Assembly (NCBI GenBank): GCA_900542165.1
Contig: UQMM01000002.1
Span: 8,012 to 72,011, forward strand
Source: an uncultured Collinsella sp.
GTDB lineage: Bacteria; Actinomycetota; Coriobacteriia; Coriobacteriales; Coriobacteriaceae
DNA length: 64,000 nucleotides
Direction of reading: 5' to 3'
In this document: positions 30,234 to 38,370 of the stretch, piece after piece
How positions within the stretch are numbered: the first letter of the stretch is position 1
How the letters are laid out: every line of letters begins with the position of its first letter
Program-made: the position numbers and the translations under genes
Notes under the pieces: model-generated
Database searches by the model: none
What the model was told of the DNA's origin: nothing
The model's input: only the letters and a program-made list of their open reading frames with translations

Positions 30234-31187
30234 ATGATCCTTTCGCTGGCCCCTATGGAGGGGATTACCGGGCATGTGTTCCGTCGCGTGCATGCGGAGT
30301 GCTTTGGTGCGCTCGATTGCTATTACACGCCGTTTTTGCCGCCGCCGCGGGTGGGGAACCGCTTTGGGGGCAAGGCGTTTAAAGAGGTCGATCCTGTCAA
30401 TAACCAGGGACTCAATGTCGTCCCCCAGCTTATGTCCAAGAATGCGGACGAGTTTGTGTGGGCGGCACAGGTGCTCGCCGACATGGGCTATCGGGAGGTC
30501 AATCTCAACCTGGGTTGCCCTTCGGGAACGGTTGTCGCTAAGGGCAAGGGCTCGGGTTTCTTGCGCAATCTCGACGAGCTCGAGGCGTTCTTAAGCGATG
30601 TGTGCGAGCGATCGCCGTTGCCGGTGTCGGTAAAGACCAGGCTGGGGCTGGAGGGTGACGACGAATACGAGCGCGTGCTCGATCTGTATTGCCACATGCC
30701 GCTGGCAGAGCTGATCGTGCATCCGCGCGTACAGAAGGACCGCTATACGGGCTCGCCGCGCAAAGAGTTTTATGGCGAGACGCTGGAACGGGCGCCGTTT
30801 CCGGTGGCATACAACGGCGACATTTTCGATCTTGAGGATATGGACGCACTGATGGAGGCCTATCCCGGGACACGCCATGTGATGCTGGGGCGTGGCTTGC
30901 TTGCGAACCCCGCGCTGGCTCGCATGGTCAAGGGCGGCCCCGCTGCAACGGCTGCTGAGCTGCAGCGTTTCCACGATACGCTGTTTGCGGCCTATGCAGA
31001 AGAGATTGGCGGTAATGCGGTTTTTCGTATGAAGGAGTGGTGGTTCTACGCCAAGTGCGCTTTCGCCAACCCCGTTACCGTTCACAAACTCGTACGTAAG
31101 ACCAAAAAGGTCGACGAATACCGCGCCGCCGTCGAGCGCGTCTTTCGCGAGCAGCCACTCGCACCCACAGCCCGCTTCCACGGCTAG
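30234..31187 (+). CDS. tRNA-dihydrouridine synthase family protein
   Basis: LAPMEGIT, NLNLGCP, SVKTRLG, HPR, NGDI, VMLGRG. Confidence 0.92.
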   Translation: MILSLAPMEGITGHVFRRVHAECFGALDCYYTPFLPPPRVGNRFGGKAFKEVDPVNNQGLNVVPQLMSKNADEFVWAAQVLADMGYREVNLNLGCPSGTVVAKGKGSGFLRNLDELEAFLSDVCERSPLPVSVKTRLGLEGDDEYERVLDLYCHMPLAELIVHPRVQKDRYTGSPRKEFYGETLERAPFPVAYNGDIFDLEDMDALMEAYPGTRHVMLGRGLLANPALARMVKGGPAATAAELQRFHDTLFAAYAEEIGGNAVFRMKEWWFYAKCAFANPVTVHKLVRKTKKVDEYRAAVERVFREQPLAPTARFHG

Positions 31188-31188
31188 C

Positions 31189-31244
31189 TAGTCGTAGGGG
31201 ACGTTCTTTAACGACTAGTCATTTAAGAACGTCCCCTACGACTA
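31189..31244. repeat. REP-like palindrome, family 1 (GACTAGTC core)
   Basis: 20-bp perfect arms TAGTCGTAGGGGACGTTCTT / AAGAACGTCCCCTACGACTA around TAACGACTAGTCATTT. Confidence 0.9.
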
Positions 31245-31251
31245 TGTTGCA

Positions 31252-31497
31252 CTAGAGCAGGTTCTTCTGCACCCACGCGATGATGTCGCTCGATTCGTAG
31301 AGCGGCTTGCCGTCGATGAACAAGCAGGGAACCTGGCGTTTTCCGCCGACGGCGATGAGCGTCTGCTCGGCCTCGGTATCGGTCGAGATATTGCGCTCGG
31401 GGATGGTCACACCGTTATCGGCAAGGAATCGCTTGACTTTTATGCAATACGGGCAGCCGGTCATAACGTACAGCGTGAGCTCATGATTAGTAGCCAT
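31252..31497 (-). CDS. Glutaredoxin family protein
   Basis: CPYC, QVPCLFIDG, YESSDI. Confidence 0.9.
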   Translation of the reverse strand: MATNHELTLYVMTGCPYCIKVKRFLADNGVTIPERNISTDTEAEQTLIAVGGKRQVPCLFIDGKPLYESSDIIAWVQKNLL

Positions 31498-31548
31498 GGG
31501 TCTCCAATCGGTTGAGGTTTCGATTGAAATACCCAAAGCAGCCGCGGT

Positions 31549-32376
31549 CTATGCGCGCGTCAACGACGACTCGATGGCCTGGATCAGAAACGCCGTGGCT
31601 CCGGTGCCGCAGGGCTTGTCGTAGTAGTCAACAAAGCGCTGATCGGCAAGATAGCCGTGGGCGAGGCCCAGGTATGCTTCGTCTTGGGGCTCGCGTCCCC
31701 AGTTAAGGGCAATCCATCGACGGTGCATTGCGACAAGTTTGTGGGCCTCGTTGCTCCCTGGGTCGCCAATGCCCATGGCAATCGAGAGTTGACCCAGAAT
31801 AGTGCGTTCAAGTTCCTTCATGTCGTTCCATGTCTCGGGGTCCATGTCCAGCAGCGTTTCATTTGCTGCATCGATAGCCTCATCGCCATAGCGTGCCCGC
31901 GCTTCGGCGCCGTAGCGCTCCTCGTTTTCCTGCACGGTGCGCCAGCGCTCCAGTTGCGGCAGGACGGCGCCCATGAGCGAGACGGCTTCGTCGAGCGACA
32001 TGCCGGTGTTTTGCGCCAGCCGCGGGGCGCAATCCTCGATCATCGCCTCCATGGTGGTGTCGTAGGTGTACTTGCCGTGGTCGTAGCACCACTTGCAGTA
32101 ATGGTCGGTCGTGGCGCCCGTGGCATCGGTGCCGCAGTCGTCGGGCGTGAGTATCATGCCGCAGCTCTGGCAATAATGCTCGGGCATTTCGAGCAGGTGA
32201 GACAGGGGCTCGCCGGTTACGGCGGCGATGAGCTTCATCATGTCGATACCTGGGGTGACTTCGCCGCGTTCCCAGCGGCTCACGGCTTGGCGCGTGACGA
32301 AGAGCTTGGCGGCGAGCTGCTCCTGGGTAAGGTGATGGACGCGACGGACAGCGATGAGCTTTTCTGCAAAGGCCAT
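31549..32376 (-). CDS. XRE-HTH + zinc ribbon + TipAS-like domain regulator
   Basis: LTQEQLAAKLFVTRQAVSRWERG; CQSCGM...YCKWCY; EARARYG...GLAHGYLADQRFVDYYD. Confidence 0.8.
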   Translation of the reverse strand: MAFAEKLIAVRRVHHLTQEQLAAKLFVTRQAVSRWERGEVTPGIDMMKLIAAVTGEPLSHLLEMPEHYCQSCGMILTPDDCGTDATGATTDHYCKWCYDHGKYTYDTTMEAMIEDCAPRLAQNTGMSLDEAVSLMGAVLPQLERWRTVQENEERYGAEARARYGDEAIDAANETLLDMDPETWNDMKELERTILGQLSIAMGIGDPGSNEAHKLVAMHRRWIALNWGREPQDEAYLGLAHGYLADQRFVDYYDKPCGTGATAFLIQAIESSLTRA

Positions 32377-32508
32377 AGCGGCTCCTTTCTGCTGGTTGAT
32401 GGCTTAAGCATACGCGGCGGCAGGTGCCCTTCCAAGCAACCGTTGGTTGCATGACGGGGGACCGCGGCGAAGAATTGCGCGCAGCGTCCCACGCCTCCAT
32501 GCCGTACA

Positions 32509-33255
32509 ATGACCGGCATGGAACCTATTGCACACATACATACCGACCTGCCGCAGAAGTTCGGCATTCCGCGCAACAGCTTTTTGGCGCCTCATCTGCA
32601 GGGACGCATCGTTTTTGAGCCGGAATTTGCCTCCAATGCAGCGGTTGAGGGTCTGGACTCCTTCTCTCACCTGTGGCTGCTGTGGCGCTTCGAAAACGGA
32701 ACGCCCGGCGGCACGGCTAAGGACATAGCCGCCGATGCCAAAACGCAGGACAGGTCCGGTACCAACGCAAAATGGTCGAAGACCGTGCGTCCGCCGCGCC
32801 TGGGTGGAGCCGAGCGTGTGGGCGTCTTTGCCACGCGCAGCCCGTTTCGCCCTAATCCCATCGGTCTCACCTGCGTCAAGCTCGATCGTGTCGAGCTCAC
32901 CGACGATGGCCCCATCATCTATGTGCTGGGGGCCGATCTGCGCGACGGCACGCCCATCTACGACATTAAGCCCTACATTCCGTTTGCGGACTGCCACTCG
33001 GATGCGACCGGCGGCTGGATCGAGGATGCTCCGTGGCAAGAGCTCGATGTTAAGTTTCCGCAAGCACTGCAGGATATGGTCCCGCCCGCAAAGCTCCCCG
33101 GCTTGGTCGAGGTTCTACGCCAAGATCCGCGCCGCGCGGGCAGCAAGCACGAACCAAACCGCGTCTACCATCTGGCCTACGCCGGGCTCGACATATCGTT
33201 TACGGTCGACGAAACCCAGCTAACCGTAGTCGCCGTCAACGACGCGCAAGACTAA
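32509..33255 (+). CDS. tsaA: tRNA m6t6A37 methyltransferase TrmO (TsaA)
   Basis: KFGIPR, VRPPRLGG...GVFATRSPFRPNPIG, DGTPIYDIKPY, QDPR. Confidence 0.92.
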   Translation: MTGMEPIAHIHTDLPQKFGIPRNSFLAPHLQGRIVFEPEFASNAAVEGLDSFSHLWLLWRFENGTPGGTAKDIAADAKTQDRSGTNAKWSKTVRPPRLGGAERVGVFATRSPFRPNPIGLTCVKLDRVELTDDGPIIYVLGADLRDGTPIYDIKPYIPFADCHSDATGGWIEDAPWQELDVKFPQALQDMVPPAKLPGLVEVLRQDPRRAGSKHEPNRVYHLAYAGLDISFTVDETQLTVVAVNDAQD

Positions 33256-33363
33256 CCATCCGTCCGTATCCGTCAAAAACAACGCCAAACCCCATGCCAA
33301 AACCGCCCACGCTGGTGGACAATAACGCCTATCGAAACAGTCTACTTTGCATGGGAGCTCAGC

Positions 33364-34578
33364 ATGAAATACGACTTTAGCTCGCTTATCGACCGCCACG
33401 GCATGGACTCCATCGCCGTTGACTCCTGGGGCGAGATCCCCGGTATGGCTCCGAACGCACCCGACGAGGGCTTCGACCGCATTCCCATGTGGGTGGCCGA
33501 CATGAATTTTGCCACGGTGCCCACGGTCCAGGAGTACATCATTCAGCGCGCTCAGCATCCCATGTTTGGCTACTTTAACCCGCGCGCCGAGTACTTCGAC
33601 CGCATCATCGAATGGCAGAGCCGCCGCAATGGCGTCGAGGGCCTGCGCCCTGAACATATCGGCTACGAAAACGGCGTGCTGGGCGGTGTCGTGTCGACAC
33701 TGCGTGCGTATGTTCAGCCGGGCGATGCGGTGCTGGTCCACAGCCCCACCTACATCGGCTTTACCAAGTCCATTGAAGCCGCGGGCTATCGTATTGTCCA
33801 CAGCCCGCTTAAGCTCGACGACCAGGGCGTGTGGCGTATGGACTTTGAGGACATGGAGCACAAGCTCGCCCAAAACCACATCCATGCCGCGGTGTTCTGC
33901 TCGCCGCACAATCCCTGCGGCCGCGTATGGGAGCGTGACGAGATCGAGCGCGCCATGGACATCTATCGTCAGCACGATTGCGTGGTGATCTCGGACGAGA
34001 TTTGGTCCGATATCATCCTGCCGGGCCACAAGCATATCCCGACGCAGTCGGTGAGCGAGGATGCTCGCATGCGCACGGTCGCCCTCTATGCGCCGAGCAA
34101 GACGTTTAATCTGGCGGGTCTGGTCGGCAGCTACCACATCATCTACAACGAGACGCTGCGTGACCGCATCTGCGCCGTGTCCAACGAGACCCACTACAAC
34201 GAGATGAACGTCCTCTCCATGCATGCGCTTATCGGTGCCTACCAGCCGCAGGGCTACGAGTGGGTGGACGAGCTCAACCAGGTGCTTGCCGGTAATATCG
34301 AGTACTTCTGCACGTATGCAGAAAAACACTGGAAGGGCGTTGCGTTTTCGCGTCCGCAGGGCACGTACATGGTGTTTCTGGACTGCACCGAGTGGTGTCG
34401 CGAACATGGCCGCGATATTCAGTGGCTGCTCGACGAGGGGGCGCGCGTGGGCGTGGGGTATCAGGACGGCCGTCCGTTCCACGGGCCCTGCCACATTCGC
34501 GTGAATCTGGCGCTGCCGCTTTCGCGCGTAAGGGAGGCGTGCGACCGCCTGGACCGCTACGTTTTTAATGCACGGTAA
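33364..34578 (+). CDS. MalY/PatB-family PLP-dependent C-S lyase/aminotransferase
   Basis: PMWVADMNF, CSPHNPCGRVW, SDEIW, APSKTFNLAG. Confidence 0.92.
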   Translation: MKYDFSSLIDRHGMDSIAVDSWGEIPGMAPNAPDEGFDRIPMWVADMNFATVPTVQEYIIQRAQHPMFGYFNPRAEYFDRIIEWQSRRNGVEGLRPEHIGYENGVLGGVVSTLRAYVQPGDAVLVHSPTYIGFTKSIEAAGYRIVHSPLKLDDQGVWRMDFEDMEHKLAQNHIHAAVFCSPHNPCGRVWERDEIERAMDIYRQHDCVVISDEIWSDIILPGHKHIPTQSVSEDARMRTVALYAPSKTFNLAGLVGSYHIIYNETLRDRICAVSNETHYNEMNVLSMHALIGAYQPQGYEWVDELNQVLAGNIEYFCTYAEKHWKGVAFSRPQGTYMVFLDCTEWCREHGRDIQWLLDEGARVGVGYQDGRPFHGPCHIRVNLALPLSRVREACDRLDRYVFNAR

Positions 34579-34589
34579 GTGAGCACTGC

Positions 34590-34629
34590 ATGCGGGGCCT
34601 TCTGCCAAGTTGGCTGGAAGGCCCCGCAT
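34590..34629 (+). terminator. Hairpin after the PatB-like gene
   Basis: ATGCGGGGCCTTC...GAAGGCCCCGCAT. Confidence 0.6.
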
Positions 34630-34722
34630 AGTAAAGCATCTGTAACAATTGGGTGCTCGTGTGGTTTTGTTTGCTATTATCTTTAGCCATTTCAGTCTGT
34701 AAACAGGATCGTATGGAGCTCG

Positions 34723-35592
34723 ATGAAAAGACCTCGCCGCTCGGTTGCCATATCGTTGCTTGTTGTGCTTGCAGTAGCGAGCGCCCTTGTCGTAGCGATA
34801 GCTGGCTGCTCCGGGTCGAATGACGGAGCCTCGACGTCTGCATTAGAAGGTCTGGACGCCTCGCAAGTCAAAGACGACGACCTTAAGACGCTCAACGTCG
34901 GAAGCGACCTCTATCCACCGTTTGTGTATACCGACGAGTACGGCGATATCGTTGGCCTGGATGTCGAGATATTGACCGAGGCTTTGGCTCGCATTGGTTA
35001 CAAGCCAAAATACCAGCTGATCGACTGGGAAAAGAAGAAGGAGCTGCTGGCGAGCGGCGAACTCGATTGTGTCATGGGCAGCTTTAGTATGACGGGTCGC
35101 GAAAACGAATATCGTTGGGCCGGCCCGTACCTTGCGAGCCGCCAGGTGGTCGCGGTCGATCCCCAGAGCGATATCTACACGCTTGCCGATCTTGAGGATA
35201 AGATCGTGGCGGTTCAGTCCACCACCAAGCCCGAGGACATTTTGCTCAATCGCATAAATGAAAACGTTCCGCAGATCAAGGAACTCTACAGCTTTTCGGA
35301 CGGTTCATACCTGAACCCGGCGCTCGTCGAGGGCCTGGTCGACGCTATCGCCGCGCATGAGTCCTCGTTCCTCACCTACGAAAAAGACTATGGTGTGACA
35401 TATCGCATTTTGGATGAGCCGCTGCTAGAGGTCGGTTTGGGCACCGCTTTCGATATCAACGATACGCGTGGCATCGACGTCAAGCTCACTCATGCCTACC
35501 AAGAAATGCTTGCCGATGGCACCATGGAACGCCTGGTGTCAAAGTACTTGGATGACCCTTCGCCATTTTTGAATATGGAGGGCCTGTCATGA
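34723..35592 (+). CDS. Amino-acid-type solute-binding lipoprotein (SBP family 3)
   Basis: Lipobox IAGC; YPPFVY...GLDVE; overlaps the kinase start (ATGA). Confidence 0.88.
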   Translation: MKRPRRSVAISLLVVLAVASALVVAIAGCSGSNDGASTSALEGLDASQVKDDDLKTLNVGSDLYPPFVYTDEYGDIVGLDVEILTEALARIGYKPKYQLIDWEKKKELLASGELDCVMGSFSMTGRENEYRWAGPYLASRQVVAVDPQSDIYTLADLEDKIVAVQSTTKPEDILLNRINENVPQIKELYSFSDGSYLNPALVEGLVDAIAAHESSFLTYEKDYGVTYRILDEPLLEVGLGTAFDINDTRGIDVKLTHAYQEMLADGTMERLVSKYLDDPSPFLNMEGLS

Positions 35593-37781
35593 TCGATGCG
35601 CCCGACCACGCCGTAGAGGAGCGGGGCAATCGTTCGGCAGGGGCATGGCTCCTTGTCGCTCTGCTGGGGATAGCGCTCTCGGTTGTTGCCGGCATGATGA
35701 GCTACGGTTACACGACGGCCCAAGCCGAGCAGCGCTTTGCCGACGTTGTCGATTACGTGGCGACGCAGAGCCTTTCCTACGATGCATTCAATAGCGCCTA
35801 TACGACCAAAAACCTGATTCGCGTTATGGAGATCGCCGGAGAGACAGCGCGCGATATGGAGCGCGACGGTTCGGTGGATAACGCCATGCTGGAGCAATAT
35901 GCCGACCAGTTCAACGTGAGCGCACTGATCGTGACGGACGCATCGGGCAATTTGGTGTCCGAGTCCTCGACGGATGGCGTGGGCTACGAGTCGCTCGCTA
36001 CGTATCTCAAGGAAGCACCCGTGCTGGAGGTGGCAGCCCATCCGCTTAAGTCCTATACCGCTCGCATTACGCTTTCGGATGATTCGGTTGCAGACATTGG
36101 TTGCGTGACCCGGCAAGATGGCGAGGGCATCGTTATCGCGGTCAGGCATCAGAGCGCGAAGGCAGTTGCAAGCAATACGCTCAAACTGCAGAGCTTGCTC
36201 GGTGGTTATGAGACCATCGACAGTGGCAATATCGTGATTGAAAGCGATGGCAAGGTCGTTGCGACCAATGCCGTTGAACCCACCATATTGGGCGTATTCA
36301 ATCTGCCTGCAACGGATGTCTTTATTGTCGACGGTATTAAGGATCGATGCCTGCCCGGCAAAGTCCGACTGGTCAACGCCAGCGGCGAGTGGTATTTGGG
36401 CACATTTGGAAAAGCGCGCGGGTTCTACGTGTACACCTATGCCTCGGCGCGGCGCTACTTTGAGGTCGTCGCGGCTGTTGCTGCCGGCGTGCTGGTGCTC
36501 TACAGCGGTGTTATAGCCGTTGTTGTGATGGTGCGTCGCCGCGCTGATCGTCGACGTTTGACGGACTTGCTGCAGCAGGAGCGCGACTATGGCGACAAGC
36601 TGGCAAAGGCAGCGCGTGAGGCCTCGTCTGCCAACTCGGCAAAGACGGAGTTTTTGCGTCGCATGAGCCACGATCTGCGCACGCCCATCAACGGCATTCG
36701 CGGCATGGTCGAGGTCGGCGATGCCAATGCGGACGATCTGCAAAAGCAGACCGAGTGCCGCTCAAAGATCTGGACGGCATCGGGACTGCTGCTCGACCTT
36801 GCCAACGAGGCCCTGGATATGAGTCGCCTGGAGAGCGGGCAGGTCGATCTGGAGCTTGTTCCCACAAACTTGGTGACCCTCAACCACGAGGTGCGCGATA
36901 TTCTGGAGCGCCAGGCCGAGGAGCGTCTGGTGACAATTATCTGCGACCAGCAGACGCTTAATCATCCCTATGCGCGGGTGAGCGTGACGCACCTCAAGCG
37001 CTTGTTGCTCAATATTGCCGGCAATGCCGTCAAGTACAACCGCCAAGGCGGCTATGTTCGCCTGGTGTGCCGCGAGGTGGAGCCAGCGGATGGCGTCCCC
37101 GTCTATGAATACACGATCGCCGACAACGGTATTGGCATGAGCGAGGAGTTCCAACAGCGCCTCTACGAGCCGTTTTGCCGTGAGGGGCAACAGGTGGAAG
37201 ACACTTCATCGGGAACTGGCCTGGGGGCGCCTATTGCCAAACAGTTGGTCGAGCTTATGGGCGGAACCATGAGTTTTACGAGCGTCTTGGGGCAGGGGAC
37301 GACGTTTACCATCCGCCTGCCGTTCGAGAAATGCAAGCGCTCCGAGATTCCTCAGGCTGTGCGCGTGGACGCGGGAGACGGCGATGCACTCCAGGGCTTG
37401 CGCGTTTTGCTCGTAGAGGATAACGATCTGAATGCCGAGATCGCGCAGTTTACGCTCAGCCGTGCCGGTGCCGTCGTGACACACGCTAGGGATGGTGAGT
37501 CTGCCGTCGAGATGTTTGCCGCGAGCGTGCCGCACGAGTACGACGTGGTGTTGATGGACATCATGATGCCGGGCATCGATGGCCTTGAGGCCACACGTCA
37601 GATTCGAGCACTCGATCGCGAGGATGCCGCGACCACGCCGATTATCGCCGTGAGCGCCAACGCCTTTGCCGACGACCGCAGGCTTTCGCGTGAGGCGGGC
37701 ATGAACGCGCACCTGAGTAAACCCGTGAGTTCGCAGGAGCTCGTTGAGGCGCTTGCGCACATAGCCGCCGACGCTCTATAG
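35589..37781 (+). CDS. Hybrid sensor histidine kinase with receiver domain
   Basis: MSHDLRTPING, NAVKY, DNGIG, GTGLG, VLMDIMMP. Confidence 0.93.
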   Translation: MIDAPDHAVEERGNRSAGAWLLVALLGIALSVVAGMMSYGYTTAQAEQRFADVVDYVATQSLSYDAFNSAYTTKNLIRVMEIAGETARDMERDGSVDNAMLEQYADQFNVSALIVTDASGNLVSESSTDGVGYESLATYLKEAPVLEVAAHPLKSYTARITLSDDSVADIGCVTRQDGEGIVIAVRHQSAKAVASNTLKLQSLLGGYETIDSGNIVIESDGKVVATNAVEPTILGVFNLPATDVFIVDGIKDRCLPGKVRLVNASGEWYLGTFGKARGFYVYTYASARRYFEVVAAVAAGVLVLYSGVIAVVVMVRRRADRRRLTDLLQQERDYGDKLAKAAREASSANSAKTEFLRRMSHDLRTPINGIRGMVEVGDANADDLQKQTECRSKIWTASGLLLDLANEALDMSRLESGQVDLELVPTNLVTLNHEVRDILERQAEERLVTIICDQQTLNHPYARVSVTHLKRLLLNIAGNAVKYNRQGGYVRLVCREVEPADGVPVYEYTIADNGIGMSEEFQQRLYEPFCREGQQVEDTSSGTGLGAPIAKQLVELMGGTMSFTSVLGQGTTFTIRLPFEKCKRSEIPQAVRVDAGDGDALQGLRVLLVEDNDLNAEIAQFTLSRAGAVVTHARDGESAVEMFAASVPHEYDVVLMDIMMPGIDGLEATRQIRALDREDAATTPIIAVSANAFADDRRLSREAGMNAHLSKPVSSQELVEALAHIAADAL

Positions 37782-37783
37782 GC

Positions 37784-37823
37784 ATATGGCCCGGTTCCAA
37801 GGTGGGTTGGAACCGGGCCATAT
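37784..37823. terminator. Hairpin between convergent genes
   Basis: ATATGGCCCGGTTCCAA / TTGGAACCGGGCCATAT. Confidence 0.75.
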
Positions 37824-37850
37824 TGTTATTGATGAGGCCTGCTGAGGGAC

Positions 37851-38330
37851 TTACTTTTCTTGAATCTGCTTACCGCAAAGATGCTCAATCGTAATCTCGT
37901 AGAGCTGGACGCCCTTAATGTCCTTGGCGATCTCCTCTTCGACTTCTTCGGCGGAAGGGTAGTACTTAAGGGCGAGCTGGCGGACTTTATCCTCGATAAA
38001 CGCAGGGGTGTCATTCGCCAGGCGACAACGGCCAAAGACGACGGTGCTCATAACGTAGGGAGCCCAGTCGCCGTCCTGGTGCCACTCGTTGCCGTAAACG
38101 GTAAAGCAGACCTTGTCATCGCGCTTAAGTGCGTCGACCTTGTGGCCAGCCTTGGCGCCATGGAAATAAATCTTGTCGTGCTCGGCGTCAAAGAAGTAGT
38201 TGACGGGAATGGCGTACGGGTAGCCATCGTCGCCGTTGACGGCAAAGACGCCGCGCTTGCAGGTGGCGAGCAGTTTGCGCGCTTCCTCGTCGGTGATGGC
38301 GCGTTTCTTTCGACGTAAGGGCCTAAACAT
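37851..38330 (-). CDS. Pyridoxamine 5'-phosphate oxidase / NimA-like flavin-binding protein
   Basis: MFRPLRR, YPYAIPVNY, IYFHGAKAGHK, KVCFTV. Confidence 0.88.
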   Translation of the reverse strand: MFRPLRRKKRAITDEEARKLLATCKRGVFAVNGDDGYPYAIPVNYFFDAEHDKIYFHGAKAGHKVDALKRDDKVCFTVYGNEWHQDGDWAPYVMSTVVFGRCRLANDTPAFIEDKVRQLALKYYPSAEEVEEEIAKDIKGVQLYEITIEHLCGKQIQEK

Positions 38331-38370
38331 CGTTGGCTTCCTTTCTGGTCGTGCGTGGTTGCTGCAAAAA

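Noticed and set aside
37851..38330. nim metronidazole-resistance gene
   Set aside because: Family-level similarity only; such flavin-binding proteins are widespread housekeeping homologues.
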